Assembly (NCBI GenBank): GCA_965197585.1 | Contig: OZ240215.1 | Span: 704,001 to 768,000, forward strand | Reading direction: 5' to 3' | DNA: 64,000 nt | Source: Dehalococcoidia bacterium | GTDB lineage: Bacteria; Chloroflexota; Dehalococcoidia; Plut-88900 | Part shown: positions 31,153 to 40,319 of the stretch, in pieces | How positions within the stretch are numbered: the first letter of the stretch is position 1 | Layout of the letters: each line of letters starts with the position of its first letter | Position numbers and translations under genes: made by a program | Notes under the pieces: model-generated | The model's input: only the letters and a program-made list of their open reading frames with translations | The model's database searches: none | Told to the model about the DNA's origin: nothing

Positions 31153-31905
31153 TTGCTGTGCTCCGGAGAATTGGCCTGTTTCTGCATTCCTTCGGTAAAT
31201 GCTCCGTTGAAGTACAATAAGTTCACCTTGAAGCAAGATCAACCGGGCTCCTGGGAGTTTTTCATCCCGCTGAATCGTGACCTGCCCAGCAACGAGCAGG
31301 AACGTGCCACGTCAGGACGAATCGCATCCAGGGTCGACATCCGACAACAGTTCTTCAGCCGGTGCAATGTTGATGGACTTGTATCGTGCCCCGGCTGTCT
31401 ACGCTCCTTCGCATGGCAATACTTGGATCTAATGGATGTGGATCATATCGTTCCGACAAGCAGAGGAGGAACGCACTCTTGGGACAACGTCCATTTGCTT
31501 TGCCGAACGTGCAACTCGAGCAAACAAAATGCTCCGCTGACATTCTTCCTTCAGAGAAAGACGATCCAAGATTGGGAAGAGGCGATCAAAGCCGCAGGAG
31601 AAGAACGGCCGAATGACCAACTGGATGGCCATTGGGCCTATTTTTTAGAATGCACCTTTTTTCTGAATGCTATCGACACCGACCCTGAATGGGGGCCTGC
31701 CTTCAATCTCATCGATCTATTCGCGCTGACGCTCGACGCCTTGCAAGGCATCATTTGGAAGCGACGCTCACAGGTCACTCAATCGACTCAAAAGAAACGG
31801 TTCACCAATGACATCGCCCAGCAGGGTGTACGGATCGCAATATCAAGAATTCGCAACTGCTGTGACAGTGGATGTAGGGTTTGTGCATCAGTGTCCCAAG
31901 ACTAG
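31153..31905 (+). CDS. HNH endonuclease domain protein
   Basis: CPGC...DVDHIVP.SRGG..SWDNVHLLCRTCNSSK; lower GC than the flanks; start codon uncertain. Confidence 0.8.
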   Translation: MLCSGELACFCIPSVNAPLKYNKFTLKQDQPGSWEFFIPLNRDLPSNEQERATSGRIASRVDIRQQFFSRCNVDGLVSCPGCLRSFAWQYLDLMDVDHIVPTSRGGTHSWDNVHLLCRTCNSSKQNAPLTFFLQRKTIQDWEEAIKAAGEERPNDQLDGHWAYFLECTFFLNAIDTDPEWGPAFNLIDLFALTLDALQGIIWKRRSQVTQSTQKKRFTNDIAQQGVRIAISRIRNCCDSGCRVCASVSQD

Positions 31906-32133
31906 CTCATGTTTGCCGTATTCGGCGCGCGATTGTGGGACAAGCGGCCTCTCACCTAGTTTGCTGCCATGAGTGTGACCAAATCGGCAGCCTTGTCTGG
32001 ACTCATGACAGCGAGCACCAATTATTTAAAAACTGGGGCCTGCGCCACGGGATGGATTTCGACACTGGGGCCGGAATGACGAAGGGGGAGTACGTAGAAG
32101 ATGGGGTGATATACTCGCGGCTACCCTTAACCC

Positions 32134-32529
32134 GTGAGAAGAGCCTTGTCGAACAGTGCATATCCAAGTGTCGGCGTAGACATAACGGAGATACCCAGGA
32201 TCAGGGCGGCTTTGGACAAGTGGGGGGAGAAGTTCCTGGATCGGGTGTATACGCCCAAGGAGATAGAGCGCTATCGGAACCGGGTGCCGGAACTCGCTGC
32301 CCGGTTTGCAGGCAAGGAGGCGGTGATGAAGGTGCTCGGGACGGGGAACAGGGGGGTCGCATGGCGGGAGATCGAGATTCTGCCTCTGCCGAGCGGGAAG
32401 CCGACGGTGAAGCTGTATCGCAGGGCCGAGGCTCGGGCCCGGAAGCTGGGGTTGGGGGAGGTGGCGATAAGCTTGTCGCATTCCGATGAGTTTGCGGTGG
32501 CGTCGGCAGTGGCGATGGTAGAGGGTTAG
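32134..32529 (+). CDS. acpS: Holo-ACP synthase
   Basis: GVDITEI, ARFAGKEAVMK, SGKP, ISLSH; start uncertain. Confidence 0.95.
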   Translation: MRRALSNSAYPSVGVDITEIPRIRAALDKWGEKFLDRVYTPKEIERYRNRVPELAARFAGKEAVMKVLGTGNRGVAWREIEILPLPSGKPTVKLYRRAEARARKLGLGEVAISLSHSDEFAVASAVAMVEG

Positions 32530-32551
32530 GTGTGAGCAAGGTCGAGCATCG

Positions 32552-34099
32552 ATGAAGATAGTGAACAGCGCCGAGATGCGCGAGATCGAAGGTCTATGCG
32601 AGTTGGAGGGGATTCCGACGTCGCAATTGATGGAGAACGCGGGTCGGGCGTTTGCGGAGGAGGTGAGGGAGTGGGTGGACGGAGTCACTGGGAAGAACGT
32701 TCTGGTGCTTGTCGGGCCTGGTAATAACGGGGGAGACGGGCTTGTGGCAGCCCGGTATCTCCATGATTGGATTGCGAATGTCTACGTCTTCCTGTGTTCC
32801 CCGCGCTCCGAGTCGGACCTGAACTTGGAGATGGTCATTGGCAGGGGATTGGACCCGATAGCCGCATATGAGGAGGAAGGGCTGGCGGCGTTGCGGGAGG
32901 GGCTCAGGTCGGCGGAGGTGGTAGCGGACGCGGTCCTTGGGACGGGAAGGTCGAGGCCGATTTCGGGGAATATCGAAGCAATAATCTCCGAAGTGCGGAA
33001 TGCGAAGGAGTCCAACCCGAGCTTAAGGGTGGCGGCGATGGACTTGCCGTCGGGCGTGGACGCAGACTCGGGACAGGGAGACCAAGCAGGGCTACCGGCA
33101 GATTTCACCGTCGCCTTAGGCTACCCGAAGATCGGGATGTTTGCGTTCCCGGGCGCCTCGATGACGGGACGGTTGGCCGTTGCGGATATTGGGATACCGG
33201 AGGATCTGTCGCGGCACATCTCTCTGGAAATGCTGACGGGCGAAAAGGTGAGGGAATTGCTGCCTCGGAGGCAAGCGGATGCACACAAAGGCACCTTTGG
33301 GCGAGTTGTGGCGCTTGCGGGTTCGGGGCAGTACGTGGGGGCGGCATATCTGGCATGTGCGGCGGCGACGAGGGTCGGGGCTGGGCTGGTGACTTTGGCA
33401 TGCTCTCCAGTGGTGCGCTCAATCGTGGCTTCTCGGGCGGCGGAGGTGACGTACATCCCCCTCGAGGAAACTGCAGGTGTGCAAGAGTGGAGAGAGGCTA
33501 TTGACGAGGGAGTAAAGGAGTCGGATGTGCTGCTGGTCGGGTGTGGATTAGGGAGAGCGGAAAGCGCCTGGGAACTGGCCAAGGGCCTGCTTCTGGATTC
33601 ACGTCTGACTGCCCCACCCGCCGTAGTGGATGCGGACGGGCTGAATGCGTTGGCTTCAGAGGACGGGTGGTGGGAGAAGCTGGGTCGGGAGGCGGTATTG
33701 ACGCCTCATCCTGGCGAGATGTCCAGGTTGATGGGCGCTTCTACGGGCGAAGTGCAGAGGGACCGCATTGGGACTGCTCGGGAGGCGGCACGGAAGTGGG
33801 GTAAGACGGTGGTCTTGAAGGGCGCGCACACGGTGGTTGCCCGAGCCGATGGCCATGCCGTAGTGAGCCCGTTTGCAAATCCGGGGCTGGCGTCGGCAGG
33901 AACGGGCGACGTGCTGGCTGGAACGATTGCGGGACTCCTGGCGCAGGGGCTCGGGGCATGGGAGGCGGCAATGGCGGGGGTGTACCTGCACGGATTGGCA
34001 GGAGAGATGGGTCGGAAGGAAATCGGGGAGGCGGGGTTGTTGGCGAGCGACTTGTTGCCTCTGTTGCCGAGGGCGATACGGGGAGTGGGGGAAGGGTGA
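32552..34099 (+). CDS. nnr: Bifunctional NAD(P)H-hydrate epimerase/dehydratase
   Basis: LMENAG, GPGNNGGDG, DLPSG, HKGTFG, DADGLN, LTPHPGE, GTGDVLAG. Confidence 0.95.
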   Translation: MKIVNSAEMREIEGLCELEGIPTSQLMENAGRAFAEEVREWVDGVTGKNVLVLVGPGNNGGDGLVAARYLHDWIANVYVFLCSPRSESDLNLEMVIGRGLDPIAAYEEEGLAALREGLRSAEVVADAVLGTGRSRPISGNIEAIISEVRNAKESNPSLRVAAMDLPSGVDADSGQGDQAGLPADFTVALGYPKIGMFAFPGASMTGRLAVADIGIPEDLSRHISLEMLTGEKVRELLPRRQADAHKGTFGRVVALAGSGQYVGAAYLACAAATRVGAGLVTLACSPVVRSIVASRAAEVTYIPLEETAGVQEWREAIDEGVKESDVLLVGCGLGRAESAWELAKGLLLDSRLTAPPAVVDADGLNALASEDGWWEKLGREAVLTPHPGEMSRLMGASTGEVQRDRIGTAREAARKWGKTVVLKGAHTVVARADGHAVVSPFANPGLASAGTGDVLAGTIAGLLAQGLGAWEAAMAGVYLHGLAGEMGRKEIGEAGLLASDLLPLLPRAIRGVGEG

Positions 34100-34182
34100 G
34101 GGGTGCCCGGAATTGCAGAGTTGATATGAGGCATTGGTTGGGTCATAATGACTCATACATTGACTCAGCAGGGTGGTGAAGT

Positions 34183-34449
34183 ATGAACCAATTGACGATT
34201 AGGGGATTCGATGATGAGCTTAATGAGACCATTCGCCAACTAGCGGAGCGAGAAGGCATTTCCCTGAATCGGGCGGCGTTGAAGCTGTTGAAGAAGGGGG
34301 CGGGGATGATGGATGGAAAGGAAGGGGGGAGTAAGGTGGGGTCTTCTCTGGATTGGTTCATTGGTTCAATGAGCCGGGAAGAGGCGGATGAACTGGAGGC
34401 TGTGATAGAAGAGGAATTCGAGAAAATCGATGAGTCGATGTGGCGATGA
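34183..34449 (+). CDS. Type II antitoxin (FitA/VapB-like, ribbon-helix-helix)
   Basis: QLTIRG.D..L....A..EG.SLN pattern, acidic tail; ATGA overlap with the PIN toxin. Confidence 0.8.
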   Translation: MNQLTIRGFDDELNETIRQLAEREGISLNRAALKLLKKGAGMMDGKEGGSKVGSSLDWFIGSMSREEADELEAVIEEEFEKIDESMWR

Positions 34450-34844
34450 AAATCTTGCTGGATACGAATGCCTATTCGAAGCTCGTACGCGGACATCAGC
34501 AAGTGGCGGACCTAGCACGCGAGGCTGAAAAAGTTCTATTTTCCCCCATTGTAGCAGGAGAGCTATTGTTTGGTTATCGGCTTGGGCGACACCTCGAGCG
34601 TAATTTGGACACTCTGCGCTCGTTTCTTAAATCGCCGAACGTCACATTACTGAGCATAAGCATGACGACGGCGGACAGATATTCCAGAATAGCTGCATCT
34701 CAAAGGGCGAAGGGTAGGCCGATTCCGACGAACGACATGTGGATAGCTGCTCACTCCTTGGAAACGGGGGCTGACCTGGTTTCTGCCGACAGACATTTTG
34801 AATACGTGGACGGGATTGCACTCGTGCCAGTAACGCCGAACTAA
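34446..34844 (+). CDS. vapC: VapC PIN-domain toxin
   Basis: LLDTN, GELLFG, PTNDMWIAA, SADRHF. Confidence 0.92.
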   Translation: MKILLDTNAYSKLVRGHQQVADLAREAEKVLFSPIVAGELLFGYRLGRHLERNLDTLRSFLKSPNVTLLSISMTTADRYSRIAASQRAKGRPIPTNDMWIAAHSLETGADLVSADRHFEYVDGIALVPVTPN

Positions 34845-34855
34845 GCTGGGTATAT

Positions 34856-35623
34856 ATGCTCCTGGCTATCGACATTGGGAATACGAACATAACTCTCGGC
34901 GTGTACGACGGGGAGTCGTTGGTCGCCACGTGGCGCATATCGACGGATGTGAACAAGCAGGCCGATGAGTATGCGGTGTTGTTCAACGGGTTGTTGCAGA
35001 ATCGTGGAATGCGGGAGTCGATTATCACGGAGATAGTAGTCTGCAGCGTAGTTCCCCCGCTGACCGGCGTGTTCGAGGAGTTTTGCCAGAGCCACTTTGG
35101 GTTGAAGCCGTTGGTTGTCGGGACGGGGGTGAAGACGGGGATGAGGATACTGTACGAAAATCCGAGGGACGTGGGCGCGGACCGGGTGGCCGATGCCGTA
35201 GCGGCCTACCAAAAATATGGGGGGCCGGTGATAGTGGTGGACCTTGGCACGGCGACGGTGTTCGACGCAGTATCCAAGGATGGTGAGTACTTAGGCGGGG
35301 CGATTGCTCCGGGAGTGGGGGTTGCGGCGGATGCCCTCGTGGCGAGGGCTTCGAAGCTTACGAGGGTGGAGCTTACAGCGCCTCAGGAGGCGATAGGACG
35401 CACTCCGGCGGCGAGCATGCAGTCGGGATTGATATTTGGGTATGTGGGTCTTATAGAGGGGCTTGTTGCACGATTCAAGAAGGAAATGGGGCCGGGTGTG
35501 AAAGTGGTGGCGACGGGAGGGCTGGCAGGGACGATTGCCAGTGAGACTGACGTTCTGGATGCGGTGGACCCGGACTTGACCATGGAAGGGCTAAAACTGA
35601 TCCACGAGATGAACCCACGATGA
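34856..35623 (+). CDS. coaX: Type III pantothenate kinase
   Basis: IDIGNT, SVVP, VGADR, VDLGTAT, GGAIAPG, ATGG. Confidence 0.96.
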   Translation: MLLAIDIGNTNITLGVYDGESLVATWRISTDVNKQADEYAVLFNGLLQNRGMRESIITEIVVCSVVPPLTGVFEEFCQSHFGLKPLVVGTGVKTGMRILYENPRDVGADRVADAVAAYQKYGGPVIVVDLGTATVFDAVSKDGEYLGGAIAPGVGVAADALVARASKLTRVELTAPQEAIGRTPAASMQSGLIFGYVGLIEGLVARFKKEMGPGVKVVATGGLAGTIASETDVLDAVDPDLTMEGLKLIHEMNPR

Positions 35624-36840
35624 GCGAAGAGAGCAAAGTCGGGGGCAGGGGGTTGAAGGGGAAGCGGATAGTGTTGGGGGTGACGGGGAGCATAGCCGCA
35701 TACAAGACGGCGGACCTGACGAGCAAACTGGTGCAGCAGGGCGCATTGGTGGACGTGGTGATGAGTGAGGGGGCGGTGAACTTTATAGCGCCGTTGACTT
35801 TTCGGAGCCTGACGCACAGGCCGGTGCTGCACCAACTTTTTGACCCGGCCTCGGACGCGGGGATAGAGCACGTAGCATTGGCGGAAGACTGCGATGCTAT
35901 AGTGGTAGCGCCGGCTACGGCTAACGTCATGGCCAAGGCAGCGAACGGGCTGGCCGACGACCTGCTTACCTGTATGCTTCTCGCAACCCGGAGGCCCGTA
36001 ATACTGGCGCCGGCGATGGACGGGTACATGTTCGAAAATCCTGCCACGCAGGAGAATGTTTCAAGGTTAGTTGGGCGAGGATGGACGGTGATCGGGCCGG
36101 GGGAGGGGAGGTTGGCATCGGGGCTGGTGGGTCGGGGTCGGTTGGCGGATGTAGAGGACATCATCGGGGGCGTAAAGCAGGCGCTGGGGAAGAAAGGGGA
36201 CCTGGCGGGCAAGTCGGTGGTAGTGACGGCGGGTGGCACCCAGGAACCGATTGACCCGGTGCGTCATATCGGGAACCGGTCATCGGGGAAGATGGGGTAC
36301 GCGATAGCGGAGGCGGCGCGAGACCGGGGAGCGAACGTGACATTGGTCTCGACGCAGACATCTCTGAGGGCGCCCTACGGCGTCGAGTTCGTTCGAGCGG
36401 ACACGGCGGAGGAGATGCGTAAGGAAGTGGTAGGCCGGGCCCCGGGGGCCGACATCCTGGTAATGGCGGCGGCGGTAGCAGACTTCCGGCCTGCAACCGA
36501 GACGGAACACAAGATAAAGAAGTCGGGTGGGGGGATGACGCTGGAACTACGGGAGACGGCGGACATACTGGCTGAGGCCTCTGGGCAGAGGCTGGTGAAG
36601 GTGGGGTTTGCGGCGGAGAGCCGGGACCTCGTGACCAACGCCCGGAAAAAGATGCGCAAAAAAGGTGTCGACCTGATGGTTGCCAACAACATCACCGACG
36701 AGGGAAGTGGGTTCGGGTCGGACACGAACCGGGTGGTGATAATTGGCAGTGACGGGGTGTCGGATGAGCTGCCACTGTTGCCGAAGGCCGAAGTGGCCCA
36801 CTTATTGCTGGACCGAGCAGCGGGGATAAAGAAGGGCTGA
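35620..36840 (+). CDS. coaBC: Phosphopantothenoylcysteine decarboxylase/ligase
   Basis: GVTGSIAAYK, APAM, TAGGTQEPIDPVR..NRSSGKMG, AAVADF, VGFAAE. Confidence 0.97.
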   Translation: MSEESKVGGRGLKGKRIVLGVTGSIAAYKTADLTSKLVQQGALVDVVMSEGAVNFIAPLTFRSLTHRPVLHQLFDPASDAGIEHVALAEDCDAIVVAPATANVMAKAANGLADDLLTCMLLATRRPVILAPAMDGYMFENPATQENVSRLVGRGWTVIGPGEGRLASGLVGRGRLADVEDIIGGVKQALGKKGDLAGKSVVVTAGGTQEPIDPVRHIGNRSSGKMGYAIAEAARDRGANVTLVSTQTSLRAPYGVEFVRADTAEEMRKEVVGRAPGADILVMAAAVADFRPATETEHKIKKSGGGMTLELRETADILAEASGQRLVKVGFAAESRDLVTNARKKMRKKGVDLMVANNITDEGSGFGSDTNRVVIIGSDGVSDELPLLPKAEVAHLLLDRAAGIKKG

Positions 36841-36844
36841 CGCG

Positions 36845-38131
36845 TCAGCCCTCGGCGGGCTCTGTGGTTGGTGGGGGGTTGGGGGACGGGGTCCGGATTC
36901 CCTTAAAGATACCGGCCATGGACGTGGCTGCCACGGCCAGAACGATTGACTCAACGAGAAAGACGCGGCGGTGGCCTATGCTCCAGGCGAGCGCGCCGCC
37001 GGTCAAGGGGCCCAGGCCCCAGGCCATTGCGGATGCGGAGTTAAGGATGCCAAAGGCCGCGCCAAGGTGTTTTCTCGGGAGCATCAAACCTACGATTGAA
37101 CTGAGTGAAGTCATCATAGCGCCATTGAACAGGCCCGACAGGGCGAAGAGCAGTACAAAGACATCAAACCGGTGGTTGAAGAACTGGGGCAGGAGGGCTA
37201 GGGAAGCGCCGAGGCAGGAGACGATTAGAACAGTACGGAGGTTTAACTTGGCGCCCATCCTTCCAATGAATATGGCACTGACTCCAGAGGTGAACCCGAG
37301 AACGCCGAATGCAAGGCCCGTGTCGAGGATGGCCCGGTTAGCGTCTGTGATCGACTGGATGAAGCCGGGGGCCACGGGTTGAAGGACCGTCGGGGCACCC
37401 TGGATGATGGGGACGAATAGGAGGGCGGGAAGCAGGCCCTTTGTGGAGAGAACCTGGCGGGTCTCGGAAAAAATGGCGAGGGGGGACCCTTTTTTGTCGG
37501 GGGACCTCTGGAAGGACTCCTTGATGAAGAACAGAATCATGAGACCGGCGGCGGCGGTGAAACCGGAGGATATGAAGTAGGTGGTCCTGAATCCGAAGGC
37601 GTCAACCAGTTGGCCGCCGATAAACGGTGAAATGGTGATCGAAAAGTAGCTAGTGAACTGGAGAAGGCCGACTACCAGGGGAAGGCGGCTGCTGGGTACG
37701 TAGGAGCCGGCCAGGGCCATTGCCGCACCAACGCTGCCGGAGACGCCTCCGTGCAGGATTCGCACACCTATGAGCTGAGGGATGTTGGTGATGAGGCCGG
37801 AGAACAAGAGTACAAGGGTGCCGGCAGTGTAGGCGCGCACCAGCATGGGCTTTCGGCCGTAGGTATCGGCCAAGTGGCCCCAGAAGGGACCGGCGATGCC
37901 CATGAAAAGAGCGAAAACGCCGGAAGAGGCGCCTGCCCAGAAAGCTGCGTCTGCTCCGGACTCGACGCCCAGCTCCTGCTCGATGAAGAGGGGATAGAAG
38001 GGCTGCATGAAGGACCAGCCTATGGAGGCGACACCCTGGGCCAAACAGACCAGGGCCACCTGTCGTTTCCAGCTCTCCAAGTTCTGCAACCTGCGGAGAG
38101 GAGCGATGGGGACTCGGGAGAGAGGTGGCAC
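36845..38131 (-). CDS. MFS transporter (DHA1/MdtG-like)
   Basis: About 12 hydrophobic segments; motif A GHLADTYGRK. Confidence 0.9.
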   Translation of the reverse strand: MPPLSRVPIAPLRRLQNLESWKRQVALVCLAQGVASIGWSFMQPFYPLFIEQELGVESGADAAFWAGASSGVFALFMGIAGPFWGHLADTYGRKPMLVRAYTAGTLVLLFSGLITNIPQLIGVRILHGGVSGSVGAAMALAGSYVPSSRLPLVVGLLQFTSYFSITISPFIGGQLVDAFGFRTTYFISSGFTAAAGLMILFFIKESFQRSPDKKGSPLAIFSETRQVLSTKGLLPALLFVPIIQGAPTVLQPVAPGFIQSITDANRAILDTGLAFGVLGFTSGVSAIFIGRMGAKLNLRTVLIVSCLGASLALLPQFFNHRFDVFVLLFALSGLFNGAMMTSLSSIVGLMLPRKHLGAAFGILNSASAMAWGLGPLTGGALAWSIGHRRVFLVESIVLAVAATSMAGIFKGIRTPSPNPPPTTEPAEG

Positions 38132-39036
38132 TATGAGGGGCCTGCGTGACCGGGAGCGGCTTCGGGTGGGGTGAGGCCGGAGAGTTGCATAAGACGGGGG
38201 ATATCGCGCTCCCAGCCCATAGGCATCAGGTGAACGCCACGAGTCAGTTGGGCGACTTCGGAAATAGTCCGGGCGGCGATTTCGATTCCTTTCTCACGCT
38301 TGTTTTCGGCGCAGTCCATTTCGTCTATCAAGGCCTGGGGCACTGCGATGCCGGGCACGTTGGCGTTGAGGTAACGGGCTGCTCGGCCCGAGTGCAGGAC
38401 TAGGATCCCGGCAAGGATAGGCACATTGAGATAGCGGGCCTTGTCCATGAAGCGGGCAAACTGCTCGGGGTCGTAGACGGCCTGAGTCTGAAAGAATCGG
38501 ACGCCGGCCTGGACCTTCTGCTCCATGCGGCCAACCTCTACATCTACGTCCGGAGCGCCCGGGTTGGCGGCTGCGCCGAGGCAAAAGGTGGGGGCGCCGT
38601 TAAGCGCGTTACCTGCCATGTCGACACCCGACTCCATTTGGGTTGCTGCACAGAGGAGCTCTATGACTGATAGGTCGAAGACGGGCTTGGCGTCGGGGTG
38701 ATCACCGGTACCTGTGGGGTCGCCGGTGAGGCACAGGATGTTTTGTATGCCGAGGACGTGAGCGCCGAGTAGGTCGGACTGGAGAGCGATCCTGTTGCGG
38801 TCCCGGCAGGTGAACTGGCAGATGGGCTCGATTCCCCGGTCGAGGATGACCTTGCCGAGGGGCAAGGGGCCGAGCCTCATTACGGAGGCGTTCTGGTCAG
38901 TGACGTTGACCGCGTCGACGGGCGCCAGGGAGTCCAGAAGAGACAGATTCTGCTCAATATTGACGCCTTTGGGGGGTGTCATCTCGGCGGTGACCAGGAA
39001 GGACTTGGATTCGATCTTGTCCCGGAAACTAGTCAA
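38131..39036 (-). CDS. metF: Methylenetetrahydrofolate reductase
   Basis: EMTPPKG, NVTD, TCRDRN, LTGD, FFQTQ, GVHLM. Confidence 0.92.
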   Translation of the reverse strand: MTSFRDKIESKSFLVTAEMTPPKGVNIEQNLSLLDSLAPVDAVNVTDQNASVMRLGPLPLGKVILDRGIEPICQFTCRDRNRIALQSDLLGAHVLGIQNILCLTGDPTGTGDHPDAKPVFDLSVIELLCAATQMESGVDMAGNALNGAPTFCLGAAANPGAPDVDVEVGRMEQKVQAGVRFFQTQAVYDPEQFARFMDKARYLNVPILAGILVLHSGRAARYLNANVPGIAVPQALIDEMDCAENKREKGIEIAARTISEVAQLTRGVHLMPMGWERDIPRLMQLSGLTPPEAAPGHAGPS

Positions 39037-39136
39037 TTGCCTGCCCTCGAAGATTATTCAGGGGCCTGCAACGGCTCCTGTGGCGCATATAGTAAACCCC
39101 TTGGGGAAATTCGTCATGCAGGGTGGTTGATAAGTA

Positions 39137-39178
39137 TTGTGAAATTTGGTACATTGCATTCTGTTCCAAATTTCACAA
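39137..39178. promoter_or_regulatory. Palindromic operator between divergent metF and folD (Rex-like half sites)
   Basis: TTGTGAAATTTGGTACA-8 nt-TGTTCCAAATTTCACAA (16/17 inverted repeat). Confidence 0.6.
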
Positions 39179-39191
39179 AGGTGCTGCCGAG

Positions 39192-40130
39192 ATGACTGCT
39201 GAGATTATAGACGGAAGAAGGATTGCCGCAATTGTCAGGGAAGAAGTCCGGCTGGACGTCGGGCATCTGCGACAGGAGACGGGTACAATCCCTAATCTGG
39301 CAGTGGTTATGGTCGGGAACGATCCGGCCTCGGACGTATATGTAAGGACAAAAGAACGTGCGGCCCGGGCCGTGGGCATCGACACTCAGACCCTGCGTCT
39401 CGGGGCGGATGCCACGCAGGATGATGTTATAGATTTGGTAAAAGGGCTGAACGAAGACGACTCGGTGCACGGTGTCCTGGTACAGTTGCCGCTGCCGGAC
39501 CACGTCGACTCTTTGATTGTGGCAAGTACCGTTGCTCCTACAAAAGACGTGGACGGCCTTCACCCTGACAACGTGGGACTTCTGCTAATAGGTGCGCCTC
39601 GTTTTGTGCCGTGCACCCCGGCCGGTATTCAACGGATGTTGCTGGAGTCGGGGATAACAACTGATGGGAAGCACGTAGTGATCTGTGGGAGGAGCATGAT
39701 AGTCGGGAGACCGTTGGCGGCTCTACTGATGCAGAAGCAGTCGGGGGCCAATGCAACGGTCACCGTGGCCCACACGGGTACGAGAGAACTGTCCGAACTT
39801 ACGAGGCAGGCAGATATCCTAGTGGCCGCCATAGACAAGCCCAAAGGAATCAGGGCCGACATGGTGAAGCCGGGCGCAGTGGTCATAGACGTCGGCATTC
39901 ACCGCATGGAGGACCCTTCGAGTGAGAAGGGGTACCGTCTGGTGGGGGATGTAGACTTCGAAGGAGTAAGGGATCTTGCTAGCGTTATCAGCCCGGCCCC
40001 CGGGGGAGTGGGTCCCATGACTGTGGCGATGCTTCTGGTCAATACTCTGAAGGCCACAACCGTGGCGGCGAGAGAGCGTAGGCAGGTCCGTCAGATGTCC
40101 ACCTTTAGCAAGGTGCCGACCGGAGCGTAG
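39192..40130 (+). CDS. folD: Methylene-THF dehydrogenase/cyclohydrolase
   Basis: IIDG, VQLPLP, KDVDG, PCTP, GRSMIVGRP, PGGVGPMT. Confidence 0.97.
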   Translation: MTAEIIDGRRIAAIVREEVRLDVGHLRQETGTIPNLAVVMVGNDPASDVYVRTKERAARAVGIDTQTLRLGADATQDDVIDLVKGLNEDDSVHGVLVQLPLPDHVDSLIVASTVAPTKDVDGLHPDNVGLLLIGAPRFVPCTPAGIQRMLLESGITTDGKHVVICGRSMIVGRPLAALLMQKQSGANATVTVAHTGTRELSELTRQADILVAAIDKPKGIRADMVKPGAVVIDVGIHRMEDPSSEKGYRLVGDVDFEGVRDLASVISPAPGGVGPMTVAMLLVNTLKATTVAARERRQVRQMSTFSKVPTGA

Positions 40131-40223
40131 CGTAAGGGAGACGGGGCCGAATTCTAATGCATCAAGTTTGCGGGCCTACGCGGGAACAGCAACATTAGGT
40201 TTTACTATTTTTATATGATTTAA

Positions 40224-40252
40224 TTGACAAATAGCCTTGATTCCCCTATTGT
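40224..40252 (+). promoter_or_regulatory. Sigma-70 promoter of the sigma factor gene
   Basis: TTGACA-17-TATTGT with an AT-rich upstream element. Confidence 0.65.
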
Positions 40253-40319
40253 AAGCAACGAAAGACACGTTAAACCGTTATAGACATTAGACAGTTATAG
40301 AAAGGAAAAGGAAAGAAGA

